Origin: an uncultured Bacteroides sp.
GTDB lineage: Bacteria > Bacteroidota > Bacteroidia > Bacteroidales > Bacteroidaceae
Length of the DNA: 64,000 nucleotides
Direction: 5' to 3'
Assembly (NCBI RefSeq): GCF_958445495.1
Contig: NZ_CAUCSQ010000019.1
Coordinates: 7,789 to 71,788, forward strand
The notes beneath the pieces were generated by a model, which was not told the origin of the DNA, searched no databases, and was given only the letters and a program-made list of their open reading frames with translations. This document shows, one piece after another, positions 9,001 through 17,611 of the stretch. Numbering within the stretch: position 1 is the stretch's first letter; each line of letters opens with the position of its first letter. The position numbers and the translations under genes are program-made.

Positions 9001-9336
9001 CTATCCATTTTTCTTCCCTCTTTTACGAGTAACACCTTGTTCATTCAGCACATCATCCAATGATTGATATTGTTTTTGCGCAAAAAGAGATTCAAATTCA
9101 GAGAGCGCATTTAATGCAAACCCTACCTGAAGTAATCCTCTCAATGAAATTTCTCCCGTCTGCTCAAATCTGCGATATGTGGCAAACTTTAGTCCGGCTC
9201 TTGTAGCGAGTCCCTCTTGAGTCAAGTCCAATTCAAGCCTCCGAGCCTTGACTCTTGCTGCAATCTGCAAAGCAATATCACTGGGGTTTGAAATATTAAA
9301 AGCTATTATATTATTCATAATATCAAAATTAGCCAA
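9001..9336 (-). CDS. XRE-family helix-turn-helix protein (HipB-like, no cognate kinase adjacent)
   Basis: 111 aa. Core: VKARRLELDLTQEGLATRAGLKFATYRRFEQTGEISLRGLLQVGFALNAL. Confidence 0.75.
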   Translation of the reverse strand: MANFDIMNNIIAFNISNPSDIALQIAARVKARRLELDLTQEGLATRAGLKFATYRRFEQTGEISLRGLLQVGFALNALSEFESLFAQKQYQSLDDVLNEQGVTRKRGKKNG

Positions 9337-9594
9337 TAAACAAATAAAATATTATTCATTGTAAATGATAGGACTTATTCTTGAATATACCGCTAAATTC
9401 AGAGTTTATTTGCGCTTCAAAATGAAAAGTAACTTTACTTTATTTCCGTATTCATATATACGTGCATCTAATTTTCATATCAATAAATAAATTAATTTAT
9501 AGCATTTTAGTATTATATTAAAGAATGCATATCACTCTTTTTATCCATTTTTACGGTTTTTGTTAATATTGTATTAGTATTTGATAAAATTATA

Positions 9595-9626
9595 TTTGTC
9601 CCCCGCTGCAAACCACCCTACCTTTG
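9595..9626 (+). promoter_or_regulatory. Bacteroides sigma-A type promoter of PUL1 (-33 TTTG, -7 TACCTTTG)
   Basis: TTTG at 9595-9598, a 20-nt spacer, then TACCTTTG at 9619-9626. The lipoprotein ATG is at 9660. Confidence 0.5.
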
Positions 9627-9732
9627 CCCCCAGAGTTTAACATCATAAAAATATATGCTATGAAAAACAAATTATTTTATCTTATCAGTGCAGCGTACCT
9701 ATTGAGCTACACGGGTGCTTTCACTTCTTGTG
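9610..9732 (+). repeat. Direct-repeat copy 2: the functional -7 box, leader and first 24 codons of the lipoprotein gene
   Basis: 123 nt matching 6239-6360 (see copy 1). Confidence 0.95.
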
Positions 9733-11030
9733 TAAACGGTATCGATGACGAATATCTGGAACAGAAAATTACTGATACTACGATATCCGAAGATGAACTT
9801 CCTGATTTAAACGGTGAGTACAGTATGACGGGCGATTTTGATTTGGAGATGATATGTAACGGTGACTTACTTGAAGGACAGAAAGTGGTTATGGCTGTCG
9901 ATGAGAACAATGAATCGGCTACCGTCACATTTACTGCCATAGAAACCGATTTGGAAAGTGTGATTGGCCTGATTCCGGGTGCCAACCTAATTCAAGGCAT
10001 GGGGCTTAAATACACGGGAAGCTGCCCGGTTCCGGGAGAAAAGGAACTTACCTTTACCAATATACCTTTATATAAAAATGGATCGACTTATATATTTAAA
10101 GGTAGCCTTGACCAACCTACATATACAATGAATTATGAAGGAAAAATCGAGGATGACAAGATGACGATGAATGTCAATTATGAATTGGCAAATTCCAAAT
10201 TGGCAGGTACCTATCTTTTAAAATCGAACCTTTCATCGTATCCGGCCAGTACCGTCGTCATGACACCTTTATGGTTTGATTGGGATACAAATCTACATCT
10301 TAAATCCGGAAATATCAAACTACCGGCAGGATTGGGAATGGAAAGTATAAATTTAGACGCTTATGCCCCCAATGAACTGAACCAATTACTGATAATAGTA
10401 TCTATGATGGCCAATATGGACATCCAACAAATGATCGCCGATTTATTACAAAGCATCACATTCATGCCGAACGGAAGCATATATGGAACTTATGCCTGGG
10501 ATAGCGACCTAACCAACCCCGACAGATGGAGTTCGAATATGAGCCGTAATATTGTTCGCTATTATTATGATAAAGAAAAAGAAAATCGTATCTATCTGGA
10601 AATTAACGGCCAATTCCTATTAAACACCATAAAAGGCCTGGTACAACCCACATCCAGAACCACCCGCGCAGCAGCGGATGACCTCAGGATACTCGGTACA
10701 AAATTGATAGAATTATTGAAACCGGCTTTTGAAACCGGCATTCCATGCGAGTACGAGCTTAAAGGCAATCAGATGTCTATAAACATAGATGGAGAGTTTT
10801 TATTAAATGTCCTCAAAATTCTGGGTGAAGTGGGCAATAACGAGGCTGCTATGGGCTTTCTCATGCCATTACTGGAAAGCGATCCGGCAATGGCCCAATA
10901 TGCTCCTAATCTGGAAATCTTCTTAAAACGTCTGCCTGATTTAGTAACATATAAAAATGAAAGCGGCAAAGAACTTAGCGGAGAATGCAAATATGTCAAG
11001 ATTGGTCTATGTTTAGATAAGGACAAGTAA
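9660..11030 (+). CDS. PUL-associated lipoprotein of unknown function
   Basis: The start is taken at ATG 9660, which gives a lipoprotein signal peptide (MKNKLFYLISAAYLLSYTGAFTSC). The track ORF begins upstream at a non-ATG codon (9624). I recognise no catalytic motif. The gene sits directly upstream of SusC. Confidence 0.75.
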   Translation: MKNKLFYLISAAYLLSYTGAFTSCVNGIDDEYLEQKITDTTISEDELPDLNGEYSMTGDFDLEMICNGDLLEGQKVVMAVDENNESATVTFTAIETDLESVIGLIPGANLIQGMGLKYTGSCPVPGEKELTFTNIPLYKNGSTYIFKGSLDQPTYTMNYEGKIEDDKMTMNVNYELANSKLAGTYLLKSNLSSYPASTVVMTPLWFDWDTNLHLKSGNIKLPAGLGMESINLDAYAPNELNQLLIIVSMMANMDIQQMIADLLQSITFMPNGSIYGTYAWDSDLTNPDRWSSNMSRNIVRYYYDKEKENRIYLEINGQFLLNTIKGLVQPTSRTTRAAADDLRILGTKLIELLKPAFETGIPCEYELKGNQMSINIDGEFLLNVLKILGEVGNNEAAMGFLMPLLESDPAMAQYAPNLEIFLKRLPDLVTYKNESGKELSGECKYVKIGLCLDKDK

Positions 11031-11129
11031 CCAATCCCCATATTTAGAATCACGTCCTTCATAAAGTATCTTATAAAGGCGGGATAACCAAGGAATCACT
11101 TTCAGAGTTTAACAACTTAAAATAGTATC

Positions 11130-14100
11130 ATGAAAAAAATACTTTGTTTTTTCTTTTTCTTGTGTCTATTTACCCTTTCCGGGTTTGCACAAGAAATAAA
11201 CATAACAGGCACAGTCACCGAAGCATCGACCAATGAGCCGATGCCCGGAATCACTGTCCAAGTAAAAGGAACCGCCAAAGGTACTATCTCCAACATAGAC
11301 GGCCAGTACACCATACAGGTGAAAATGAACGACATACTTGTTTTCTCTACCATTGGAATGAAAACAGTTGAAAGGAAAGTATCTTCCGACTCTCCTATCA
11401 ATGTATCAATGACAGAAGACAATGTGCAACTGGATCAAGTAGTAGTTATCGGCTACGGTACAGTGAAGAAAAGCCACCTTTCAGGAGCTGTCAGTTCCGT
11501 AGGGACAAAAGAACTGAACGGAGATATTGCAACTTCCGCCGCTACCGCCTTACAGGGAAAAATTGCAGGCGTATCCGTTATGAGTTCCAGTGGTAATCCT
11601 AATGACGGAACCACTATCAACGTGCGTGGTATCAGCTCCCTATCCAACAACGCCCCTTTATTCGTAGTGGACGGTGCATTCGGTGACATCAACATGATTG
11701 ATCCTAACGATATTCAGTCTATCGAAGTGCTGAAAGATGCTGCCGCTGCTGCTATCTATGGTTCACGTGCTGCAGGGGGCGTAGTACTGATTACTACCAA
11801 AGGCGGTCGTAAAGAAATGCCAACCAAAGTGGATGTCAACTTCTTCACAGGAGTCCAGCAAAATCCTAAAAAGCTAAATGTACTGAACGGTGAGGAATAC
11901 AGCCGTTTTGCACGCTACTACGGCCTGGCTGCCGATGGCTACGGAGCAGAATCCGATGCAGTACCATTCACAGGAGAAGGCACAGACTGGCAAGACATTA
12001 TGCTGAACACAGCTATGGTTTACAAAGCCAATGTCGGTATCACTGGTGGTTCGAAAAATGCATCATTCAGCGCATCAGGCGGTTATCTGAACAAAGAAGG
12101 GATTCTGCGTAACAGTAGCCACGAGTCTTACAATATCCGGTTGAAAAGTGATTTCAGTTTCCTTAATAACCGCGTTACCATAGGCGAATCATTGATTCTT
12201 CGTCTGGCTGAAGGTAAAGGCGGTACCGATCAGGATACCATGAACGGCCTATTGCGTTTTCCGACTGTCGCTCCCGTTTTCGACCCGACCAATACGACCG
12301 GATGGGGGACATCCGCGGATATCAATCTTCCAAACCCCTATGCTATCTCCGAAGTGAATGATATAACAAGCGAAAGCACACAAATCTTCCTAAATGCTTA
12401 TCTCCAGGCAGAAATCATTAACGGCTTGAAATATAAACTGAATCTAGGTGTGAGAAGAAATCATACCAAGAACCGTAATTATACCGGCGCATACGACTTG
12501 GGGACTTACGGTATCAATGAAGCTCCCGACCTTTCAGAAAGCTTCTCAAGCTTCGACTCCTGGGTGCTTGAAAACACCTTGAACTATGACCGTACTTTCG
12601 GTAAACACACCGTATCTGCTATGGCAGGCTATTCCGCACAGAAAGACAAAAGTTACAGTCTGAACGGAAGTAACTCTGACATTCCGAAATTCATCGACAC
12701 CATGACCGGAAACGTGACTACCATGAAATCAAGCAGTTCACTGTATGAGCAAGCATTGGTTTCTCTCTTCGGACGTGTGATGTATTCTTACGACGACCGC
12801 TATCTATTATCTGCTTCTATCCGTCGCGACGGTTCTTCACGTTTCAAAGACGGACACCGTTTCGGTAGTTTCCCTTCCATTTCCGTGGGATGGAACATCA
12901 ACCGCGAAAAGTTCTTCCGCCCGTTGGAAAACATCTTTGACCAGGTGAAACTGCGTTTAAGCTACGGTAAACTGGGTAATCAGGAGATGGACAGCTATTA
13001 TCCTACTCTAAGTGTGGTAAGCGAAGGCATGAACTACCTGCAAGGCAACTCGATCTGGTTTGGCAAACTTCCTTTCGTGAACGCCGTATCACCGGAAAAC
13101 CTGACATGGGAAAATACAGAGACTTACAATATAGGTTTGGATGTAACCTTGCTGAATGGTAAATTAGCATTAACGGCAGATGCCTACATCAAAAACACAA
13201 ATAATGTATTACTGCCTATTCCTTATGCTTCTTCTACCGGTATCAGCGGGCTTTCAATCCAGAATGCCGGACAGGTACAAAACAAAGGGTTCGAAGTATC
13301 CGCCACATGGCGCAGTTCTATCGGTGACAAAGCAAACTACTACATCGGAGCCAACCTGAGCACAGCTAATAATCAGGTTACCAAAATCACTGCCGGCGGA
13401 AAGTATATGTCTATTTCAGGATACTCCGCACACGGAGCGGGTGGACGCGGTATCAATATGTTCAAAAAAGGACATTCCATGTCTTATTTCAACTTGATTG
13501 AAACAGACGGCATCTTCCACAGCATAGAAGAAGTTGAAAACTACAAAAACAGCAAAGGCGAATTGATCCAACCGGGTGCACAAGCAGGTGACGTACGATA
13601 CAAAGACTGGAACGGCGACGGAAAGATTGACACGAATGACCAGCACGATGTTGGCAGCCCGCTTCCGAACTTTACTTTCGGCCTGAGACTGGGCGGTGAT
13701 TGGAACAACTTCGACCTCAATATCTTCATCGACGGTGTGGCAGGCAACAAAATCTACAACTACCCGCGTTATTGCCTTGAATCGGGAGCATTCAACGGTA
13801 ACTTGAGCACAAACGTAGCCAAATCCTGGAGACCGGATAATACCGATACCGATATGCCGCGCTTCTCCAAATCAGACGGTACGGACAACAAACTTGCCTA
13901 CACCGACAGATGGTTGGAGGACGGTTCTTATGTACGCCTGAAAACAATAGATATAGGTTATACATTCCCCAAACAATGGTTACAGAAAGCAATGATTCAG
14001 CACCTGCGTCTTTACGTATCAATGGAAAACCTGCTGACATTAACCAAATATACCGGCTATACTCCCGATCTGGGCGAAAGTTCTTCAGCCGGCGTGAGCT

Positions 14101-14183
14101 ACAACGTATTTTCCAGAGGAATTGACCAGGGACGGTACCCTATTCCCCGCACTTTCTCTTTTGGAATCCAGCTAGGATTATAA
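11130..14183 (+). CDS. SusC/RagA-family TonB-dependent outer-membrane transporter (PUL1)
   Basis: 1017 aa. Signal peptide, carboxypeptidase-regulatory-like N-terminal extension (ITGTVTEASTNEPMPGITVQVKGT), TonB-box region (DQVVVIGYGT), plug (IEVLKDAAAAAIYGSRAAGGVVLITTKGG) and a C-terminal barrel ending FSFGIQLGL. Confidence 0.95.
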   Translation: MKKILCFFFFLCLFTLSGFAQEINITGTVTEASTNEPMPGITVQVKGTAKGTISNIDGQYTIQVKMNDILVFSTIGMKTVERKVSSDSPINVSMTEDNVQLDQVVVIGYGTVKKSHLSGAVSSVGTKELNGDIATSAATALQGKIAGVSVMSSSGNPNDGTTINVRGISSLSNNAPLFVVDGAFGDINMIDPNDIQSIEVLKDAAAAAIYGSRAAGGVVLITTKGGRKEMPTKVDVNFFTGVQQNPKKLNVLNGEEYSRFARYYGLAADGYGAESDAVPFTGEGTDWQDIMLNTAMVYKANVGITGGSKNASFSASGGYLNKEGILRNSSHESYNIRLKSDFSFLNNRVTIGESLILRLAEGKGGTDQDTMNGLLRFPTVAPVFDPTNTTGWGTSADINLPNPYAISEVNDITSESTQIFLNAYLQAEIINGLKYKLNLGVRRNHTKNRNYTGAYDLGTYGINEAPDLSESFSSFDSWVLENTLNYDRTFGKHTVSAMAGYSAQKDKSYSLNGSNSDIPKFIDTMTGNVTTMKSSSSLYEQALVSLFGRVMYSYDDRYLLSASIRRDGSSRFKDGHRFGSFPSISVGWNINREKFFRPLENIFDQVKLRLSYGKLGNQEMDSYYPTLSVVSEGMNYLQGNSIWFGKLPFVNAVSPENLTWENTETYNIGLDVTLLNGKLALTADAYIKNTNNVLLPIPYASSTGISGLSIQNAGQVQNKGFEVSATWRSSIGDKANYYIGANLSTANNQVTKITAGGKYMSISGYSAHGAGGRGINMFKKGHSMSYFNLIETDGIFHSIEEVENYKNSKGELIQPGAQAGDVRYKDWNGDGKIDTNDQHDVGSPLPNFTFGLRLGGDWNNFDLNIFIDGVAGNKIYNYPRYCLESGAFNGNLSTNVAKSWRPDNTDTDMPRFSKSDGTDNKLAYTDRWLEDGSYVRLKTIDIGYTFPKQWLQKAMIQHLRLYVSMENLLTLTKYTGYTPDLGESSSAGVSYNVFSRGIDQGRYPIPRTFSFGIQLGL

Positions 14184-14216
14184 CATACTAAGATTTACAC
14201 TTTGAAAAATTAAATT

Positions 14217-16007
14217 ATGAAAAAGAATTGGTTATCATATATGCTTGTATCAGCTCTCCTTTCAGGAGCGCTGACATCATGCAGCGACTCTTTTCTGGAT
14301 CTGAAAGACCCGAACCACTTTACAAATGAAAATTTTTGGAAAGATAAGGCGGATGCGGAAAGTGCATTGGCAGCGGCTTACTCACCTATCAAATACCAGA
14401 TGTACGGATATTACGGTGCATTTGACGGATGGCTCAACCTCAACAGCCGTGGAGACGATATCTTCACTATACTGAACGAAGAAGCCAGCATGTGGGATAT
14501 TGCCACATTCCAAAACTCCGCAACAACAGGGAATGACCCCTACGGCGCACTGTATACAGGCATCCAACGCGCCAATATTGTACTGAGATATATCGACAAT
14601 GTTCCGGCAAGCGGCATTACGGAAAGCGATCGTGCCACCATTAAAGGGGAGGCCCTCACGCTAAGAGCCTATCAGTATTTCCTGTTAGTGACCAACTACG
14701 GAGAAGTTCCTTTACGCCTAATCCCATCGAACGAAGACGAAGCCGACAAAAAAGCATCTCCCGAATCCGAAATCTGGGCACAGATTGAAAAGGATTTGCT
14801 TGCCGCCATCAAAGACGGAAACCTGCCCGAAAACCGCCCTGCAGAACAAAAAGGACGTATCGAAAGAGGTGCAGCCATCACTATACTTGGCAAAGTATAT
14901 GCAACGCAGCATAAATATGCCGAAGCCAAAACCTTGTTGAAAGGCCTGATTGATTCCTCTTACAGTTATGTTGACGGTTCCAATCCGGGCAAACGCTATC
15001 GACTGATGGAAAACTTCGTGGATAATTTTACTACAGCCAATGAAAACAATGCCGAATCCGTATTTGAACTGCAATATAGCAGTGACGGCGATATGTCATG
15101 GGGCAACGAAGGCGGCATCAGTTTGGGAAGCTCACTGGCACAATTTGTAGGTCCCGCCAAATCAGGAGGATGGGCTAAATTGATGCCTTCCGCATTCCTT
15201 GTCAGCGAATTCACCACTGAGACACGCGGCGGTAAACCCCAAATTCAGATACCGGATTTGGACAAAGACGGAAATCCGCAATTCAACGAAGACGGAAGTC
15301 AAAAAATGAAAGAAATTGACAACCCCGATAAAACAGCAGAACCAAACTCGAAATATGATAAGCGTATCTATGCCAGTATGTTCTTCACGCCAAGTGAATA
15401 CGGCGATTGGGTATCAGAAGAAAACGGTTGGTATGACGGGAAATTCTACGGTGGTCTTTTCACAATGGATGATCTTTGGACAGGTAATGCTTCCAAAATG
15501 GCCGGTGGCGCTCCTATCTTTAATGTCAGCCAGTCCAGCGGTGCGCAAATCGGTAAGTTTCTTCTGAAAAAATATACCGCACACTACGTAAAATCAAGAA
15601 GCGCCGACAACATGGGCAATGTGGAAGGGAGAGCAAATAATGTACGTGCAATACGTTTCGCAGAAACACTGTTACTATACGCTGAAGCTTGCGCCAAGGT
15701 TGCAGACAAAGACCAAGCCAACTGGGCATTGAACGAAATCCGCCAAAGAGCGGGTTTACCCCAAAAGAAATTCGAACAAATTGACTTGATGAAAGAGATT
15801 GAACACCAATGCCTGCTCGAATTCTTCGGTGAAGGCCATCGCTTCGACGACTTGAAGCGTTGGTACACAACTCCCCAAATCCAGATGATATTAAAAGGCA
15901 ATGATAAACAGGGAGCTTATAACTTCAAGGAAAAATATAAATATTTCCCGATTCCTGCAGGAGAGCTGAACAACTCATCAGTGGAACAGAATGGGTTATG
16001 GAAATAA
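14217..16007 (+). CDS. SusD/RagB-family glycan-binding lipoprotein (PUL1)
   Basis: 596 aa with lipoprotein signal (LTSCSDSFLD). SusD-type TPR-like N-terminus (AESALAAAYSP, RANIVLRYI), conserved C-terminal region (EGHRFDDLKRW) and position immediately after SusC. Confidence 0.9.
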   Translation: MKKNWLSYMLVSALLSGALTSCSDSFLDLKDPNHFTNENFWKDKADAESALAAAYSPIKYQMYGYYGAFDGWLNLNSRGDDIFTILNEEASMWDIATFQNSATTGNDPYGALYTGIQRANIVLRYIDNVPASGITESDRATIKGEALTLRAYQYFLLVTNYGEVPLRLIPSNEDEADKKASPESEIWAQIEKDLLAAIKDGNLPENRPAEQKGRIERGAAITILGKVYATQHKYAEAKTLLKGLIDSSYSYVDGSNPGKRYRLMENFVDNFTTANENNAESVFELQYSSDGDMSWGNEGGISLGSSLAQFVGPAKSGGWAKLMPSAFLVSEFTTETRGGKPQIQIPDLDKDGNPQFNEDGSQKMKEIDNPDKTAEPNSKYDKRIYASMFFTPSEYGDWVSEENGWYDGKFYGGLFTMDDLWTGNASKMAGGAPIFNVSQSSGAQIGKFLLKKYTAHYVKSRSADNMGNVEGRANNVRAIRFAETLLLYAEACAKVADKDQANWALNEIRQRAGLPQKKFEQIDLMKEIEHQCLLEFFGEGHRFDDLKRWYTTPQIQMILKGNDKQGAYNFKEKYKYFPIPAGELNNSSVEQNGLWK

Positions 16008-16033
16008 TTAAAAACAATTTAAGAAACGAATTT

Positions 16034-17575
16034 ATGAAAAAGATATATTTATTTGTAAGCACATCTTTATTCTTGCTGCTCGGCTGCATCACTGCTTGTG
16101 ATGACAATAGCCTGAGCCATGACGACGTGTATATTCCAGATCCGATGGTCATATCCGACGAAGATGACGGTCTTTCACCGGAACCCAGCACAGAATCGGT
16201 TATCAAAATCCAACCTGAAAGCAAGCAGCAGGAAATCGACGGTTTCGGGTGTAATTTCGGATGGGCGGAAGCCGTATATGGGTGTACCAAACGCGAACAA
16301 ATCATGGATGACCTATATGGTGAAAACGGATTGAGGTTTAATATTTACCGTGGAGAAGTATGTGCTTCATCCGCATCGGAAGATGGCAAAACATTCAATT
16401 TTAAAACACAAGAGAACTACCATTTAGGAGCGCATTCTGCGGAAGCAAAAGCACTTTTCAGTTCAAACAGCGACAAATTCAAAGAATACGCGCAATTGTG
16501 GATTATCGACTATCTATGCAAGAAAAAGCTGATGGACATCTATTATTTCTTTTCCGTATGGACTCCTCCGATTGTGTGGAAATCTTTTGGTCCAGGTGAG
16601 GAAAAAGGCGGCGGAAGCGGTTCTTTCGATAGTAAATACAGCAAAGAGTATGCCGAATTCCTTACCGGTTTCGCAAAAGCTTTTAAAGAGAAATTCGGCA
16701 TCAATGTCTATGGTATCTCCGGCTGGAATGAGCCCGACCAGTCTATGGGCGGATGGGACGGATGTATGTGGGGAAACCAGCAAATGGCAGATTTCGTAAT
16801 GGAAAACCTGCGTCCGGAACTGAACAGGCAAGGCCTGCAGGAGACAAAAATCATTTATGGAGAATTACCTTGGTGGGCAAACGCCGTTGAATGGGTGGAA
16901 ACCGCACTGAAAGACAATCCGGAATTAGTAGACGCCAACCTCGTTGCAGCGGGGCACGGTTATTCGACAGTTGACGCCAACATATTACCGATGAAAACAG
17001 CCGAAGAAAATGGAATCCACGTATGGCAAACAGAAACTTGTGACGATAAAACCCGCGACGAGACATGGAATGATGCGATGAAATGGGCAAAGAACTATCA
17101 CGATTACCTGACGAAGGCGCGTACCAATGCCGTTGTATGGTGGGCAGGAGCACGTCAATGCTCAACGACCGGTGAAAACCTTCTCCAAACTGATGCTTGG
17201 GATTTCAGTACCAACTATTATCGCGTAGACCGTTACTACTCTATCGGGCAATTCTCCAGATATATCAAAAGAGGTTCGACACGTGTAGATGTAGAAACCG
17301 TATCGACTACGGCAAATAGAATTCCGAGGGATTTGAGTGCATCGGCATACATCAAAGACGATACTTATACCATCGTATTGGTGAACAAATCAAAAAGTAG
17401 AGCATTTGACGCTTTACTGGAAATCGAAGGCAAAGAATTTGAAAGTATGGTTTCATATACTTCCAATTCCAGTGTAAAGTGGTTCCGCAAGAAACTGAAT
17501 CCTTCTTCAACCGGAAAACGTTCGGTTAATGTACCTAAATACAGTGTGGTAACTATCACCGGAAGATTTAAATAA
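16034..17575 (+). CDS. Glycoside hydrolase family 30 lipoprotein (subfamily and substrate not assignable)
   Basis: The start is taken at ATG 16034 (MKKIYLFVSTSLFLLLGCITAC). GH30-type motifs: QEIDGFGCNFGW, ISGWNEPD (acid/base Glu context), HVWQTETCD (nucleophile Glu context). Confidence 0.75.
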   Translation: MKKIYLFVSTSLFLLLGCITACDDNSLSHDDVYIPDPMVISDEDDGLSPEPSTESVIKIQPESKQQEIDGFGCNFGWAEAVYGCTKREQIMDDLYGENGLRFNIYRGEVCASSASEDGKTFNFKTQENYHLGAHSAEAKALFSSNSDKFKEYAQLWIIDYLCKKKLMDIYYFFSVWTPPIVWKSFGPGEEKGGGSGSFDSKYSKEYAEFLTGFAKAFKEKFGINVYGISGWNEPDQSMGGWDGCMWGNQQMADFVMENLRPELNRQGLQETKIIYGELPWWANAVEWVETALKDNPELVDANLVAAGHGYSTVDANILPMKTAEENGIHVWQTETCDDKTRDETWNDAMKWAKNYHDYLTKARTNAVVWWAGARQCSTTGENLLQTDAWDFSTNYYRVDRYYSIGQFSRYIKRGSTRVDVETVSTTANRIPRDLSASAYIKDDTYTIVLVNKSKSRAFDALLEIEGKEFESMVSYTSNSSVKWFRKKLNPSSTGKRSVNVPKYSVVTITGRFK

Positions 17576-17611
17576 AAGGAACAACTGAACTTAAAATGAA
17601 TTAATACACGA

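Larger units (their letters stand above)
5337..9609. mobile_element. Decayed remnant of one or more mobilizable elements carrying toxin-antitoxin cargo (no integrase, no intact relaxase)
   Basis: The region is visibly AT-rich relative to both flanks. It contains a relaxase N-terminal fragment, a Fic fragment, a HipA_N stub, hipBA and three XRE/HipB-like HTH genes. Its right-hand part is bracketed by a 122/123-bp direct duplication. Confidence 0.55.

Noticed and set aside
6239-9732. Reading the 122-bp direct repeats as attL/attR of a site-specifically integrated element.
   Set aside because: There is no integrase gene anywhere in the window. The repeat is much longer than typical att cores. 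The copy-1 junction runs straight into the 3' tail of a mob gene rather than an element end. I kept it as a recombination or capture hypothesis instead.
15998-16033. Track starts for the GH30 gene (15998) and the lipoprotein gene (9624).
   Set aside because: Both extensions precede an internal ATG that begins a clean lipoprotein signal peptide (16034 and 9660). The 9624 start is a non-ATG codon inside the promoter/leader, and 15998 overlaps the SusD stop.
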